A stretch of 64,000 bases of DNA from Vicugna vicugna (Eukaryota). The notes under the pieces were generated by a model. The model ran no database searches and was not told the origin of the DNA. It worked only from the letters and a program-made list of their open reading frames with translations. This document shows, in pieces, positions 36,229 through 49,976 of the stretch (the first letter of the stretch is position 1; each line of letters opens with the position of its first letter). The translations under genes and the position numbers were made by a program. The stretch is taken from the NCBI GenBank assembly GCA_013265495.1, contig MU060947.1, positions 310,001 to 374,000 on the forward strand, written 5' to 3'.

Positions 36229-37504
36229 CAGTAGAGTTAACTGTCGGGTCTTTTTCTAGAAGTCTGATGCTGTGTCTCTTTGTCATTCCTAGCTGCTCTA
36301 GCCAGGTCAATTGAGAAAAGCTCTCTTTTTCCTTCAGCTGTTGCTGAGCCAATAAGTACACGACAAATGGCCAACGAAGCTGCCGTTCAGCCAGTTCTCC
36401 TGTGCCTTCGGGGCACATTATTTTTGCGGGGGTTTGAAGTTGTAATATGTCATCCTCTTCCCTGAAGCAGAAAGAACAACTCTCCCTTTGTGGTGGCTCT
36501 TTCCTAAGAATTCTTCTACTCTTTTATTTCTTGCTTTAAAAATGCGGAGCCGTGTTTCTATTCCAACTCAGCAACAGTCAGTGAAGTGCCATCCTGATCA
36601 TGTCTGTACGGCCAGGTGCTAAGGAAATCATCCAGCCCCTGCCTCCTTCCTGCCTGAGTTTGGTGATGCAATTCCATCTGGGATCTGGATGGGCCTCCCC
36701 TCTAGATTGGTGATCCTGGGGCTTCTGGGGTTTACTCTCCCCGGGGGCATCCACCGTAAACATGAGCACAGACTGCTTTGCACGGAGGGTCAATTTCAGC
36801 GGCCGGTCCTGCTGTCCTTCCCCGGGAATCCCGCATCCGGCTTGCTAAGCCACCCCGACAGCAAGCTGCAGGAGTACCAGCCCGGGTCAAGCCAGCAGGA
36901 TGACCCCGTGATGTTTGTAAAGGGAGAGATGAGGATTCTCTCTGGACAGCTAGGTTGGCAAGGTCAGAGTCAAAAGTCTCTCTGTTCTCTCCTCCTGCTC
37001 TGTGCACATTCTACAGATCTCCATCCCAAGCAACAACGTGACGTCTCTGAGGCCGCTTCTTCCGTCAGGATTCAAACTGCAACTTGATTTGACGGATTTC
37101 GTCGCAACAGTTCAACTGGTCTTCTGGAAGACTCTTCTCCAAATCAGGAATCCCCCAGCCTGGCCTCTGCCTGGGAGGTGGGTGGTGGAGTTGACCTGGG
37201 TGTCAAACCCATGGTGCCACCTGCCAAAAGCAGTGTGACCTGACCACCCTGAGTTCAGCGTTCCTGATTGCCAGACAGAGCTATTTGGTACCTACCACCC
37301 CTGCATAGTATGGGATGAGAGGATGGGATAGGATTTTACACATGACAGTGCCTGGACCCTCAGAAAATATTCACAGAATCTGAGCCCTACTAGGCACCTC
37401 AGTCCATTTTGCTCGTTTTTTCTCTGGGACTAAACAACATTTGAAATGGTCACAAAGGTGGACCCAGGATCCAGCAAAGTCCAGAGGGCGTATCTGTGGA
37501 GGCT

Positions 37505-37715
37505 GTTAAACACACGGACTAAAAACCGTGGCCTAAGTTCACGTCCTTGCCTGCCACGCAGTGGTGTGATCCTGACATGATTACCCGTAGTCCCCGCTTT
37601 TCAGGTTTGTTTTTCCATTATAAAATTGTAAACATGAAGTAATTATGTATTAAGCTTTTGGTATAGTAGTACATAGTAAATAAACACTCAGTAGATGCTA
37701 GTTACTTTTACTGAT
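37505..37715 (+). mobile_element. MIR SINE
   Basis: gttaaacacacggact...tggtgtgatcctgacatgattac...ttttccattataaaatt...cactcagtagatgctag. Confidence 0.5.
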
Positions 37716-40700
37716 AACTATTTTCACATATATTTATATTTCATATATATTTCATGTATATATAATTACATTTTGCATGTAATTTCAGGGAGTTCATGGA
37801 TTTCTTTGAAGCCTATCTTCTGGGTATGTGGACACCTGGGACCCATGGACCCCAAATACATATGATATAAAGTATACAATGTTATTGATCTACCATCAGC
37901 TGGGTTGGGTTTTGCAGTATATATTTCCCCTCTATTCTCAGATTTTTAAAGGTACTTCTGTGACTAACTGAAGGTGAAAACCTGACGAAGCCCATTACCC
38001 CCCGCCCTCCCGAGTCTCGCAAAATCTGGTCAAACTCAACCTGGACTCCAGTTACCTGGCCTGCGATGGGACAGAACTTTCCCTCTGAGTCCCCGTGGTA
38101 CCATTCTCACCTTTCTCTCTGGTCCCTGTCTGGCCTCTGCTGGCCCCTTGCCTCCTGGTCCTGTTTTGCTCTGTGACACTCTGCATGTAGAATTCAGCCC
38201 CATTACCCTTTACTCTTACACAAGGAATCCACATTGAACATTTTGGGACGTTGGTGAAGGCTCCTAGGGTGGAGCACAAATGTTCACCACTGTGATAGCT
38301 CCCTCCCTCCTCCCCGCTTCCTCTCTGGCACATTCAAAAGCATCTGCCCCTTTGATTCATTTGTATGCAGCCCTCAGCCACATCTAGGCCTGCCAGGTTA
38401 TCACTTTCTATTCCATCCATTCACCAAGAATGTTTTATTTTTTACAAATACAAGAGATAGTTGAAAAAATGTTCTCCCTCTTATTCTGCATGAATTAATG
38501 CCAGTTGTTACTAGGATGTCTTATTCCATGTTCCCAGTGCCAGGGAAGTACCCATCACGTGACAGGTGTTTCCCCATTGGATGAGAGGAGGAGGGAGGGA
38601 AGTGGGGAGGAGAAAGTGGAAAGAAATCCCCAGACTTGTTCTGGATCCAGATCATGATTCCATCAGCCGGATTAGAGACTGTGAAACTAGGTAATGGTCC
38701 CCCTGCTAATTACTGCTGACTTGATTTCCCTCTGTTTCTCTTTCATTCCTAGTATCTCAGCTATTTTTTTTTCCCCAAGCCAATTTCTAGCTCTCCCAAT
38801 AGAATTACATGGTGGTTCTTCCTTTCTGTCCCCTCATACAGTAAGAGAAATTCCCAACTCACTTCGTAAACCCCTTGCAAGTAATTAGTTGACTCAGGAG
38901 GCATCCTCAAGAAGCCAGAAGCATGCTGGCTTTAATTTCCCTTTCTGAGATCCTCTTTCCTCTATTAACTTCACCTTTCCTCAGCCAGGGCAGAAATTAA
39001 TTTGTGGGTGTCATTTGTCCCTCCAACAGTTTTTTTTTTAATAGTCATCTTCTTGATTCCTGTAAATTGTCATCCACCTGGTGTGACATTTCCCTTCGCA
39101 GAGAGAATATACCGAGGTCTGGGAGTGAGCCTGAGCAGAAAAAGAAATGTGAGGTTCTCGATTTCCTTGGGAGGCCTCTTCGTGGGATTCTGGGAGAGAT
39201 TAGGATGGATCCTACAGACTGGGTTACCCCCTGTCATATTGGGGGTGGCCCAGATTGTGGAAGTGCCATGAATTAAACAGAGAAAAAGGAACGAGAGGCT
39301 AGAAGAAGCCAACGGCAACTTCCCGATTTTTAGGAGGCAGAAGCTTGATCTCAGAATCAGACCATTATAGTCTCCCCATCAGCTGCAGGTGGCACTGGAA
39401 AATGGAAGTCTTTCCCTTGTGAGGTTGGACTGATATAGGCAAACAGGTAAAACTGAACTGAGTGACCAGACCACTAGCCTATCCTTTAGCTACGCGTACA
39501 AGATTCACATCTGCACACGGCCTGTGCGCTGTGTGAGCAGGATAGACCATCACTTTTCATTTCTGTACATCAAGTCCCCGGGCCAATGTGTATCACGTGG
39601 TTGGACGTCAGCACTGCTCTTGGAGTTGACTTGAACTGGTTCACTGGTTGCTTGGATATATAAAGGGCTGAGGGTGTCACAGCAGCTCGCTACATTAGAG
39701 AAGAGGCAAGGCTGCCTCCCAAGGCTGACATATTGGAAAGAGCGCCCTCAAAACCTTTGGAAGATATTGGTGGGGAGATTCCCAGTTTAGTTTTTACTTA
39801 CATCAAGCTCTACACTAGATGACAACGTTTAAGTGGAAGGAAGCATACTCAGAGAGCTAAATGCATAATTTAAAATGTCAGGTAAAATTATATGAATTTC
39901 CAGCCATTGAAGAATTGAGCATTTTAGTAGACTAGCATTAAAATTACATACATAAATGTAAACTTGAAAAACACTTTTGAGATAACGTTATGCTGAAAGG
40001 CGGGGTAATCGTTGCATGTATATGTGATACCAGTGTCACTCGTCTAATTCAAACCCTTCAGTGTTATCCCACCACCTCTGGAGAAGACAGAACTCCTTCA
40101 GGTTGAAGGTCAGAAGGCTCGCTGTTACCTGTCCCTGCCACCTACATCCCCCAAACCATCTCCTTCCACTTGTCCTCCACCGCCCCTCCCCACCCCATAT
40201 GAGACCCACCCCAGACTTCTCCAGAGCCCTGAGAAACAGAGCTTCTCCACTGCTCCACCACTAACATTATTTCCGGGTAAATGTGCAACAATGTGGCACA
40301 GAAGAGTCGGTTTATATCTGGGTTTCTCTCAATTGTATAAACAACAGCCTTCAGGCTCTTTCATGACTGTTCCCTGCCCTTGCCTCCTTCACTTACATCA
40401 CCTTTGATCTAAAACATCCTTAAGTTGGACAAATTTGAGGCTAAGTACTTGAAAGAACCCTTATCTTCCCTTTTTCTTCTTGAGCTTTGCTCTGTAATGA
40501 TATGTCTGTCTACAGCTTATATCCAGCTGGGATTAGAAATAGACATGCGTTTTCTCCCTGATTGGCTTCAAGATCAAAGATAAATGGACAGATGCCAAGG
40601 ATCTGGATGAAGCTTGCGCACATTTTAACCCACACTCTGCACGGGGCAATCCTCTTGCACAGACAGGTGTGAATGTGGTAAGGGGACCATACCACAAACT

Positions 40701-42289
40701 GTAAAGAGAGTGGGAAGATGATCACTGATTGCAATGCTGAAATACAGACGTACGTTAAGCTCCAGATGCCACACCGACTCTCCAGACACTTGGTGAGCTA
40801 TGATGTGAAAGCATCACCCAGGAACACCCCTCCTTTGCCTTTCATAATCGCTCGAGCCCCTAAACCATGCTGCATGAGCCAGATTGACACCTGACACATC
40901 ACACCACTGACCCTAGAAAAGGACCGTTGTACTACTGTCGTTTCTAACAACAGGAATTCAGTCAAACGGCAATGCTCAATGGTAAATCTAGAATGTGAGT
41001 CAGGGATGCTGATGTTCTGATCTTTCTGTCTCAAGCACTGAGCAAAGCATCCAACCTGAAAGAGGTTAATCAGTCAGCAAGTCAGCTACGCAATCTCCTT
41101 TTCAGAAAGAATGTGCTGGACTTTGGGAAAGAACCTGCCTTGATTCAGGATAGAAATGTTAATGTGGTGTTCTTTATTTCTTCAGAAACCCTCTTCCTGG
41201 GATTGTAGGAGAGATTAGGGTTGATCCTTATAGACTGAATGTCAGTGTGATGCCAGCTAAATGGGGTCACCCAAATGGTACTGCAATGTAACAAAGGGAA
41301 GACAATTTACACTCTCCCGGATTCCCTCCAAGCATGGGGAGTCCACTGCATGTATTTGGGTAGATATTCCAATGAGTCACTTGAGGATGGAGGAGGTAGG
41401 ACTTCCAAGGGACAGGGACACTCACACTTGATGATCAAATGGCCTTTGGAAAGTTTGGTTCCATTTCTCTGTGGGGCCTCACTTTTGCAGTAGGGAGAGG
41501 GCAAGAATTCCATCACTTGGAATGATAGCGGAGAGGTTGAGTACTGCATCCAAGGCTTTTCCCCCTGCCCAGTCTCCATGTAGTTTCTGCCCCTCTGATG
41601 AGTAAATGCTGAACAGATATTTGGAGACTCGTTAAGTTTATGCTAGTTATCAGTCCTTCTGCAGAGCCCACATGTGTCTCTCGACCATCATGAGCTGGAC
41701 CGTGATGTGGAGCCCTCTGTATGTGTGCCAGCCAGCTACAAGCAATGGTCCCACATACACGGAAGGAATGACTCTCATTAATTCATCCCTTTGGAGGGAG
41801 GCCAATCAATGGGAAGTTCCAGTTAGATACGTCTTAAAGCTTAACATTTTTGAGTCCCTATCAGCCAGAACTGGTTGGGGCCTTGAGGGGAAGAAGGGAA
41901 GAGGGGGAAGAAGTCACATTCTTAGAGGACCCTGCAAATATCTTAATAAATAGATAAGAATCTTGTTCACTTAACATTTTCACAATTAGAAGGCAAAGAG
42001 GACCAAAACAGGGCCTGAGAACTGCATGTTGTTCCCTACCAAGAGAAGAGAGATGCCGCAGAACATGACTCCACGACGGGGGCAGGAAAGCATTAAGCTT
42101 CGGTTGGACAGCGTCTCAGAAGAGACCCTTAATGATGAAGCTGGTAAACATCAAAGGACAATTGATTTCTCTTCAAGTGGCCTCTACAGTATTATTTAAT
42201 TTGTTTCCAAAAGGTTAGAGCTATTTTAATAATGGCCCACTGTCTTCTGAATTCCAATGCATTCTTCAAAACCCACGTAGATACCTGTA

Positions 42290-42510
42290 TTACAAACCAA
42301 GAAGCGTTCCCAAGTCTCCCCCAGGCTACAGAATCAGTCTATATTTTCCACTTGCAGGTCTTGTCATTCCGATCACGTTCAATTGCTACGTGTTCATTCA
42401 CGGATCTGTCTCCTCTACTGGACGGGAGCTACCTGAGTCCAGACATTGGCTTCATTTATCTCTGGGTCCTTGCTTTAACCTAGAGTCTGGCACCCTGTAA
42501 TGGTTTGGTA
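42290..42510 (+). mobile_element. LINE L2 3' end
   Basis: gtctcctctactggacgggagctacctgag...tttatctctgggtcc...agagtctggcac. Confidence 0.55.
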
Positions 42511-43294
42511 TAAAACTACTTAATAACAGAACACTTTTCATAAGTACGGTATTTATTCTGCAACTTTTGGTGGCCAGGAAGAAATATTCTGGTTTTCTTT
42601 CTGGATGCAGGCCATGGGTTAGTTACTCTAATCTAATTAAATTACTTCATGGATGAGAGCACTGAATTTAAATAATTCTCCCAAGGTTGTAGAACTTGTT
42701 AGATGGTCCAGCCATTTATTAGTAAGTTGTGAGAACCTCACTTGGTGATAAAACCTGACCTGCACTCATATTAGGCTATTTACAGTTTTTAATTATCCTA
42801 TTTAGTATGAATATTTATGTGTTGCACAAAAAAAGATGTTTGTGCATTTGTTTATTGTGTACTGTCTCTTTCTAAAATATGAAAGTTTAAAATTGTGCAG
42901 TTCATCTTGCCCTGGGGATTTCAGATGAGATACTACCAACCTGTACGGTGTCATTTCATTAAGAGAAGCTTTATGTCTTTAATGCTTATTTCAGCAAAGC
43001 GACATCAATTATCATATTAAATTGGTGTCAGTCACTTGACTTCTGTTGTTTGTGTTATTTCGTTTGCATTTTATTGTTAATGTATTTTGGGTATAAATGT
43101 GTTTGAAGCTATATACGTTTACTATTCATTTCTAATTTTATGTTTCTAATATTTTGGTACTATTATAATAAAAGTCATGTAAGTAAATAAGAAATTAAGC
43201 AAATCAGGGAAAAAATTATATAGCTAAAATTAACGTTAAAAACTCCTTACGTGTCCTGGGGGGCAGTATAAATGATTTTGTTTATAGTTATATT

Positions 43295-43296
<2 letters not shown>

Positions 43297-43324
<28 letters not shown>
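43297..43324. repeat. (TG)14 microsatellite
   Basis: Direct reading. Confidence 0.95.
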
Positions 43325-43328
<4 letters not shown>

Positions 43329-46076
43329 CATATGTACATATGTATAGTGATAGATGTATACGTAAATAAATCATATGTGCTGTAATAAAGATGGTCATTG
43401 TGCACATTCAGATTAGCCTCCTCCTGTCTTGATAACTCTGTTTATTTTCCTCTTTTGCCAAAGGCATATTGAATCCGCCTCAATGAAACAGATTCTGTTC
43501 TAGTGGGTGATTGTAAGGCGCTCAGCCAGGAAACCCTGTCCACATCTGCAGTCACAGAAATGACTGATTCTTTCACTCCCCTTGTCCTTTTGCTGATCCC
43601 ACCCAACCCCTCCAGTGACCACATGCATGCAGAGGTTTCAGAAGGACTAATGCAATCAGCCAGCTGATCTGCAATGGTGAGGATAAAGCCACAGATCATA
43701 ACCTTGCATGTTTACTCTCAGACAGAAGGATGGAAATCTCACAACAACATTTGTGGGACAGTTTAGGACAGTAGTTGCCTGTAGGATCCAGACAGATAAA
43801 ATAAATGCATGAGGTGGGCAGGCTGTAAGAAAGAAAAAAATGCAGGGAGATGAGGCATGGCAAGTGGAAACTCTTTTCAGTAGCAGAGTGAAAATGAGCA
43901 GGGCTGGGACGATGGCAGGGAAATAGAAAGTCACGGGAATCTGTACTTCCACACCAGTTAATCGCTCCCACATTTGGGATGGTAGGCCCGGTATAAAAAA
44001 AAAAAAAAGAAAACAAATTTTTATGTGAATTCTCCTGTTTTTCTCTATTGGCAACTAATTCAATGAAAAAATAGTGTGAATCAAATAAAACACATCTGTG
44101 GGCCAGATCTGGCCCTCAGACCATGATTTTGCATCCTGTGACTTAGAATCTGGTGGCAGACATTTGTACCCTGAACAAACTTGTCACACATGGCCCCCTA
44201 TTCCTAACCCTGGATGAAAAGAGACACAGACTCTTCTCTTGTGGTAAATCATGATTTTTTTCATCTGAGGTGATAGCTTTGGCTGTGGCCCAACGGCTCA
44301 CTTCTGGAAACCAGAAATCTCTTCCCGCCCTTGTTAATGTTTTGGGCTAATTGTGCTAGAAATTAAACTGGACTGGAGCTAACTGGAGCGGATGCTCAAG
44401 GACCAATTTCAGGGCCTTACAAAACTTCTCCTTTCAAAGGGATTCCAAAACTGAAATTCCTCCTCTTTCCATTCCCATTACCAGACTTCTCAGAGTGTCT
44501 ATAAGGTGCTGATTTTCCCACCGTGAATGTTTCATTGGGCCAACAGAACCTGCAAAATCAATCTGTTCAGTTAGCAAATGACAACACTTGAGAACCGAAT
44601 GTTTTCCCTCATTTCCCTGAAAACAAAACTGTCTGGCAACAGATTTGCAAAGTTGTCAAAGAAGACAGGTTTCACACTTGGACCTTCATTTATGTTCTAT
44701 TCATGTCTTTGTGCAACAATATGCAGTGGGTGCCTATAATGTAGTGGGGGCTGTTTTAGCCACTGGGGATACAGCTGAGACTGGAACAGACAAGGTTCCT
44801 ACGTTCCTGTAAGTTTGCATCAAATAGGCAGTAATACGTTTGTCGCCACATCTAATACCTACATTCAAACTAGAAGTATAGGATATATATTACTCAAAAC
44901 CAAATACAAGATCACAGGCCACCCTATCCTCAAAGGAGAGCAGAAACTGTTGTAGACATCCTGGGGAGAGGAGGAAAAGAAGCAGAGAAGGCAAGTGGAG
45001 ACGATGAAAAAAGGGTGAGAGTGAAGACAGCGAAATTAAGACACAGTCAGAAGCGGGGGAGCTCAGGCGACTCTCTGGATCGGGCAGTAAAGAGATTCCT
45101 GGCACTTTGTTTAGGTATCGATGGTTCTCAGCTCTGTGCTTCATGAGTTAAAAATTGATCAAAAGAAATGGCTACCTTTGTGAAACTGACTCTGTGGTTC
45201 ACGGTAGCTGCATCGGTACCGGTATTTTCCAGGCACCATTTAAAGAAAATTCCTGTTAGACTAGATAAGTCAGTAAAAATGTCCAAGAAATAATCACAGT
45301 TTAATTTTAAGAGGCAATAAGGACTGAAAACAAGACGGTGCCAATATAAACAAAGATTCAAGACGGTGTCTGCTTATCTAAATAGCTCAAGCAAAGAAAC
45401 TTGACAAACCTAGGTTCCAATGTGTTTTGAGTTAACTGTTGATCTGCTTCACTTTATATGTTTCTTTTTTTTTTTCTGAATAAAACTTTTGGAAAAAAAA
45501 TCAATAGGTTGGCTGAGATCATCAAAGCAAAATTGTTTTACAAGTCAAGTTTTCCGTATCAGCTGGTTTTCCCAAGGCAGATTATAGCATTTGTATCAAT
45601 AAACATCAAATTAAACAGTTCCTGTGTATATCTGGAGGCGAAGCCTGAATCTGCCAAAGCCAATGAGCTAGGAAACCTTATTTTTTAAGAACCGAGAAAC
45701 AATTCCCCCAGCTTATGACAAAGATTTGCCGTGGCTTTGTTTACACCCCTTAAACTGTCTGCTAACAAGGAGAAATAAATATTTTAAAAAAAACAACTTT
45801 ATGAAGTGTAAGAATTTTAATTTTCTGTTTACACATGTAATCAAGTAGACTGAAATGGAAGGAATTATTTAGATGATCTGGTAATATTCACAAATCAATT
45901 TCAATTTATAAATAACTGACTGCTTTGTTTGTATTGTTGGCACAGTCCAGGTAGTACATCTTTCCTTTTCACTTAATATGTATAGACCTACTTTACACAA
46001 CCCAGAAAAAACAGAATATGTTTGGGATTCAGGAGAAATAAAAACTTATGAAAACGAAAAAGGAGCTTCCAAGTGG

Positions 46077-46260
46077 TCATTCATTCAGTCACTCAGTGAA
46101 ATATTTATTGGACACTTACTAAAGGCAGGTGCTATACACGGCCCTGAAGGTACAGCAATGAATAAAATGGACATGGTCCAGCCCTCAAGCTCATAACCTA
46201 CGGGGGAGGTAGATGGTGAGCCAGACACTACACGCGTGTGAGGGCTGTGAAGGAGAAGTT
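46077..46260 (-). mobile_element. LINE L2 3' end
   Basis: tcattcattcagtcactcagtgaaatatttattggacacttact...tacagcaatgaataaaatggacatggtcc. Confidence 0.7.
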
Positions 46261-46369
46261 CAGGCTTAAGGCAAGAGACCCATCCCTGGAGTCAGGGATA
46301 TCTGCTGGCAGGAAGCAGCGTTTCTGCTGAGACCTGGAGGTTATAGACAAAGTTAGTGTGACAAGAGAT

Positions 46370-46581
46370 GGGGAAAAGGAAGGAAGGGTGTGAAGCCACC
46401 CTGAATGTTCTAGCCCAGCTCTCAGCTGACGACAGCTGCATGAGAGAATCAAAGTAAGGATGTCCGAAAGACCACAATGCCGAACACCAGTCAACCCACA
46501 GAACCATGAGCAATACGGTAGTCGCTGTTTTACACCACTGAATTTGGGGGCATTTATTCTGCAGTGATGAATAAACTGAAC
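46370..46581 (+). mobile_element. MLT1H/J-like LTR 3' part
   Basis: cagctgacgacagctgcatgag...ccagtcaacccacagaaccatgagcaata...tgttttacaccactgaatttgggg...taaactgaaca. Confidence 0.65.
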
Positions 46582-47849
46582 ACGATGGCTCCCATTTTAC
46601 AAGAGTGATCTCTATTGAAGTGGCTCTGGATGTTGTAGCCTAAATGAGGAATCAGTGTGTCAACATATGTCCCTTCCAGACATCGACTTCCTGGGGACAA
46701 AAAATGCTGGGGAGGAAACTGTTATGTGTAGGTGCCTGGATATCGGTAGATGGAGTGGTGAAGGCAAAGACATCCGATGCTTCTCCCACAGGCTTCATAG
46801 CACAGGTCTGAGTCCTCCATGCCTGGGTGGGACCTAGTGCAGGGTTGTGGAGTGGTGAGGACCAGAGGGAAGATGGCCATGCCTGGCAGTGTCTTGGAGG
46901 TTCCCTGGCTTCAGGTGCCTTCCAATGTTTGTCTGTGGGAAGAGGAACCACTTCAGAGAGGAAGACTTGAGGCGTCGCCCTCAAGGCAGCCAGAATGAAG
47001 GGCCGTGCGTGGGCTTCCCCACGAGTGCGGACTTCCCAAGGCAGCTGGGGGAGATGAGGCAGGCCGTCAGAGTGCCCCGGTTACAAACCTGAGAAATGGG
47101 AGCCTCCATGTCACTGGGCTCTCCATCCCCAGAGCAGCTGTTTGCCTTTCTGTTGTTTCTTACCTCCTCACTCTTCATGGTTCTTCCTTCTAGGAAAAGT
47201 AAGCGAACCCCTCGACACCACGTTTCCTTTATCTTGAAAATGAGGAGCATGCCAAGATCTACTGCAGGAATTAGTAAGATGATGCACGTAAAGCACATTC
47301 AGTACTTGGCATACAGTACAGGGTCAATCATTGTTAAATATGTCATTATTCTACTTGGAAAACCCTTCTAATCGATTTGAAAGCAATTAGCTAAAAGCTG
47401 ACTGTAGTCTGCTTCTAAAGGGTAATGATCACTGGTTAGGCACAGGATTAAACTGATGGAGAAGTGTATTGGTGGGCAAATCAATGGTTGTTCTGTCCTT
47501 GTGTAAACCTCCTTAGAAGATGTCTCTGAGAAAGCTGGCAAGAGAGACAGAGCACATTGGATAGTCAACAAATATTTCCTGAACATCTGCTAAGTGCTAA
47601 ACACTGGAAATACAGCGGTGGACAAAACAAACGACATCTTCATGGAATTTATAAAGAAACAGGAAAGCAACTATTCAAGAAATAATTACCCAAATGATTC
47701 TCTGTTGTGTATCAATTGTAGATGCTACAAAATGCCCACTACCTACTTTACCCATTTGGGTACCATTTGGTATCTTCCAGACCACTGGCCAGGAATCAGA
47801 TTTTGTTTTCCTTAAAAAACAAAACAAAACAAAACTTGGATCCAGGCCA

Positions 47850-48025
47850 CTTACAATCAGTATCAAGGAGGCATTTACTTTCTCTGAGTCTCAGTTTCCC
47901 TCTTAGTAAAATGGAGATATTATAATAATTTCAATCTCAAAGGATGGTTGGAGGGTTAGTTAATTGGGGATGCATGGAAAAACATCCTTAACACCTGGCT
48001 TATAGTGGATACTCAGTAAATGTTA
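47850..48025 (+). mobile_element. MIR SINE
   Basis: ttctctgagtctcagtttccctcttagtaaaatggagata...actcagtaaatgtta. Confidence 0.65.
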
Positions 48026-49976
48026 CATTTCCTTTCTTCTGCCATTTCAGGGACACGTTAAACTTTTGAGTGGGTTACTGTGAAGGTCAAACTTGAAGAC
48101 AGAGACGAGATGAACACACATAATCCACATACATGAGGTCTATGCTCTTAATTGAGAGAATTGCATGCATTAACTTTTTTTTTTTTGGCCATGTTACTGA
48201 AAACTCCCTCTCCTTTTATATTCTTCTGTGTTAATTATATTTTAAGCCAGCCACTAATAAGAACCAAATCAAGACCATTTCTTGTGAGCAGCAGCAGGTT
48301 AAAATTTGTCTGGAGGAAGTGTTACCATGTGTGTACATGCAGATGTGTGTGATGAGTGGTGGGGAGCTGGGAGTGGGGAGGGAACCATTCATGTGGCAGT
48401 CTGATCTAATGGAAGAGCCAAAGTGTCCCTTTGTGAAAGGGAAACTCAGTGATCATCAATTATGAAATTTGGGATTTTTTTCAGAGGTGGTCTAGTGAGC
48501 TACAGCTTATTGGGAAATGATACACTTACCTAACGGTGGCATGGTTCTAGTTGACAATTTCAGAACAAATTGGCAATTTGGTCAATAATGGCAAGATAGA
48601 AATAATCATAGAATATTAGAATTGGAAAGCTCCCAAGAGGTCCTCTCTTCCAGCTCCTGTTAATATGGGTATGCTTATTTTGTAAATATGCATACTCACA
48701 CACCATATTCTAATGTACTTAATTATACTCTGCATCAAAGTTATTTTAACAGTTTGGATGACTGTAGGATCTAATTTTTGCTGTCTTAAAATGTTCTCTT
48801 GTTAGTTGCAGTGGGCAAGAACAAAAGGGGGAAGAAACATTTTCAAGTATCTTATTTGCCTTCAGCAATTTCATAGTTTCCACCTTTAATTGATTAAAAT
48901 TGGCAAGACAGTTCCTTCAAAATGTGTTTTCCTTTAATGAGCATACTTGATAGTTACTATAAAGTAGCTATTTTAAGGCAGTTTGCAGATAACTTTAGGC
49001 TGCAATCAGGGAATGTACTAATTTATAGCAGGCTAGCGTTCAACATAGTTGGCAGAAAAAGGAAGATCTGGCTGACACATTGCATTTTTTTTTCCCCCTG
49101 GGAAAACAGTTTAAGATGATTTTAATCATTGGGCTCATTAATATAGCCTAATATCAAAATGTTCAGTTGTGAAACCAAATAATGTGTAGATTTTATGTTT
49201 CTGTGTACTTCAGGAATATGGATCACAGATGTTGTTGGAACCAACTGAAATTCAAAGGAGCGTTTTTAATAGCTCATAGACTCTAAATATTAGATAAAGT
49301 ACTTGATATTTCCTACCATAATATCACAATATTTAACTAAATTCTCAAATTATTAAGGAAAAAAGTGTCATGTAAGCTAAAGTTAATTTTGCCAGCTGGT
49401 GGGATCTCAGCTGTTTATAAATTCTCATGTGCAGATATTCAATCTTCAGTAGAAAACCATTATTTTACCAGCTGGCATTTGGAGAGACAGCCTTCAAAAC
49501 AGTAATCCGTCCGCTTTTACTATTTCTTATTTCCCACTCTACGTCCAAGGGTAAACTGAGGCCCAGAATGTTGAGAAAGATTAATGAAGATTTTTAGTTT
49601 ACCTGGGTTTGTAACAAATTTTGGATATTTTAATACAGTCTAGATTTTTGTAAGTTTATTGAATTTTATATTTCCACAGGGAAAAGTTTTCATTGTAATG
49701 CAAATTGAACAATTCATATTTTTCAATGACATTCAGTTCTTCTTAGAAACTCATAGTCTAATGGATAATAAAATATCCTCTACTTATAATGTAAAACAAA
49801 GCAAAAAGTGAATTTCTTACATTGAAATATCACTAAAAAAAAAAAATCCACAACACCAGGCTTGAGAGACTGTGACCTTTTATGCCTAGAAATTAGATTT
49901 GGAAACTTCCAACAGCCTGACACTAAGTTGAACTTTGAAACATTCTCCAAGTCTCTTAGGAAATGGGCTGCAAAAA

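Noticed and set aside
39380-39397. CTCF-like gctgcaggtggcact (similar site near 2950)
   Set aside because: Two mismatches in the 5' core; too weak to call without ChIP data.
43464-43676. 213-nt exon-like segment with good acceptor and donor
   Set aside because: Stops in all three plus frames and no supporting neighbouring exons; a non-coding exon cannot be excluded but is unsupported.
44100-44115. 16-bp palindrome gggccagatctggccc
   Set aside because: Matches the near-palindromic motif of MER45/MER58-type hAT ends; likely a transposon remnant.
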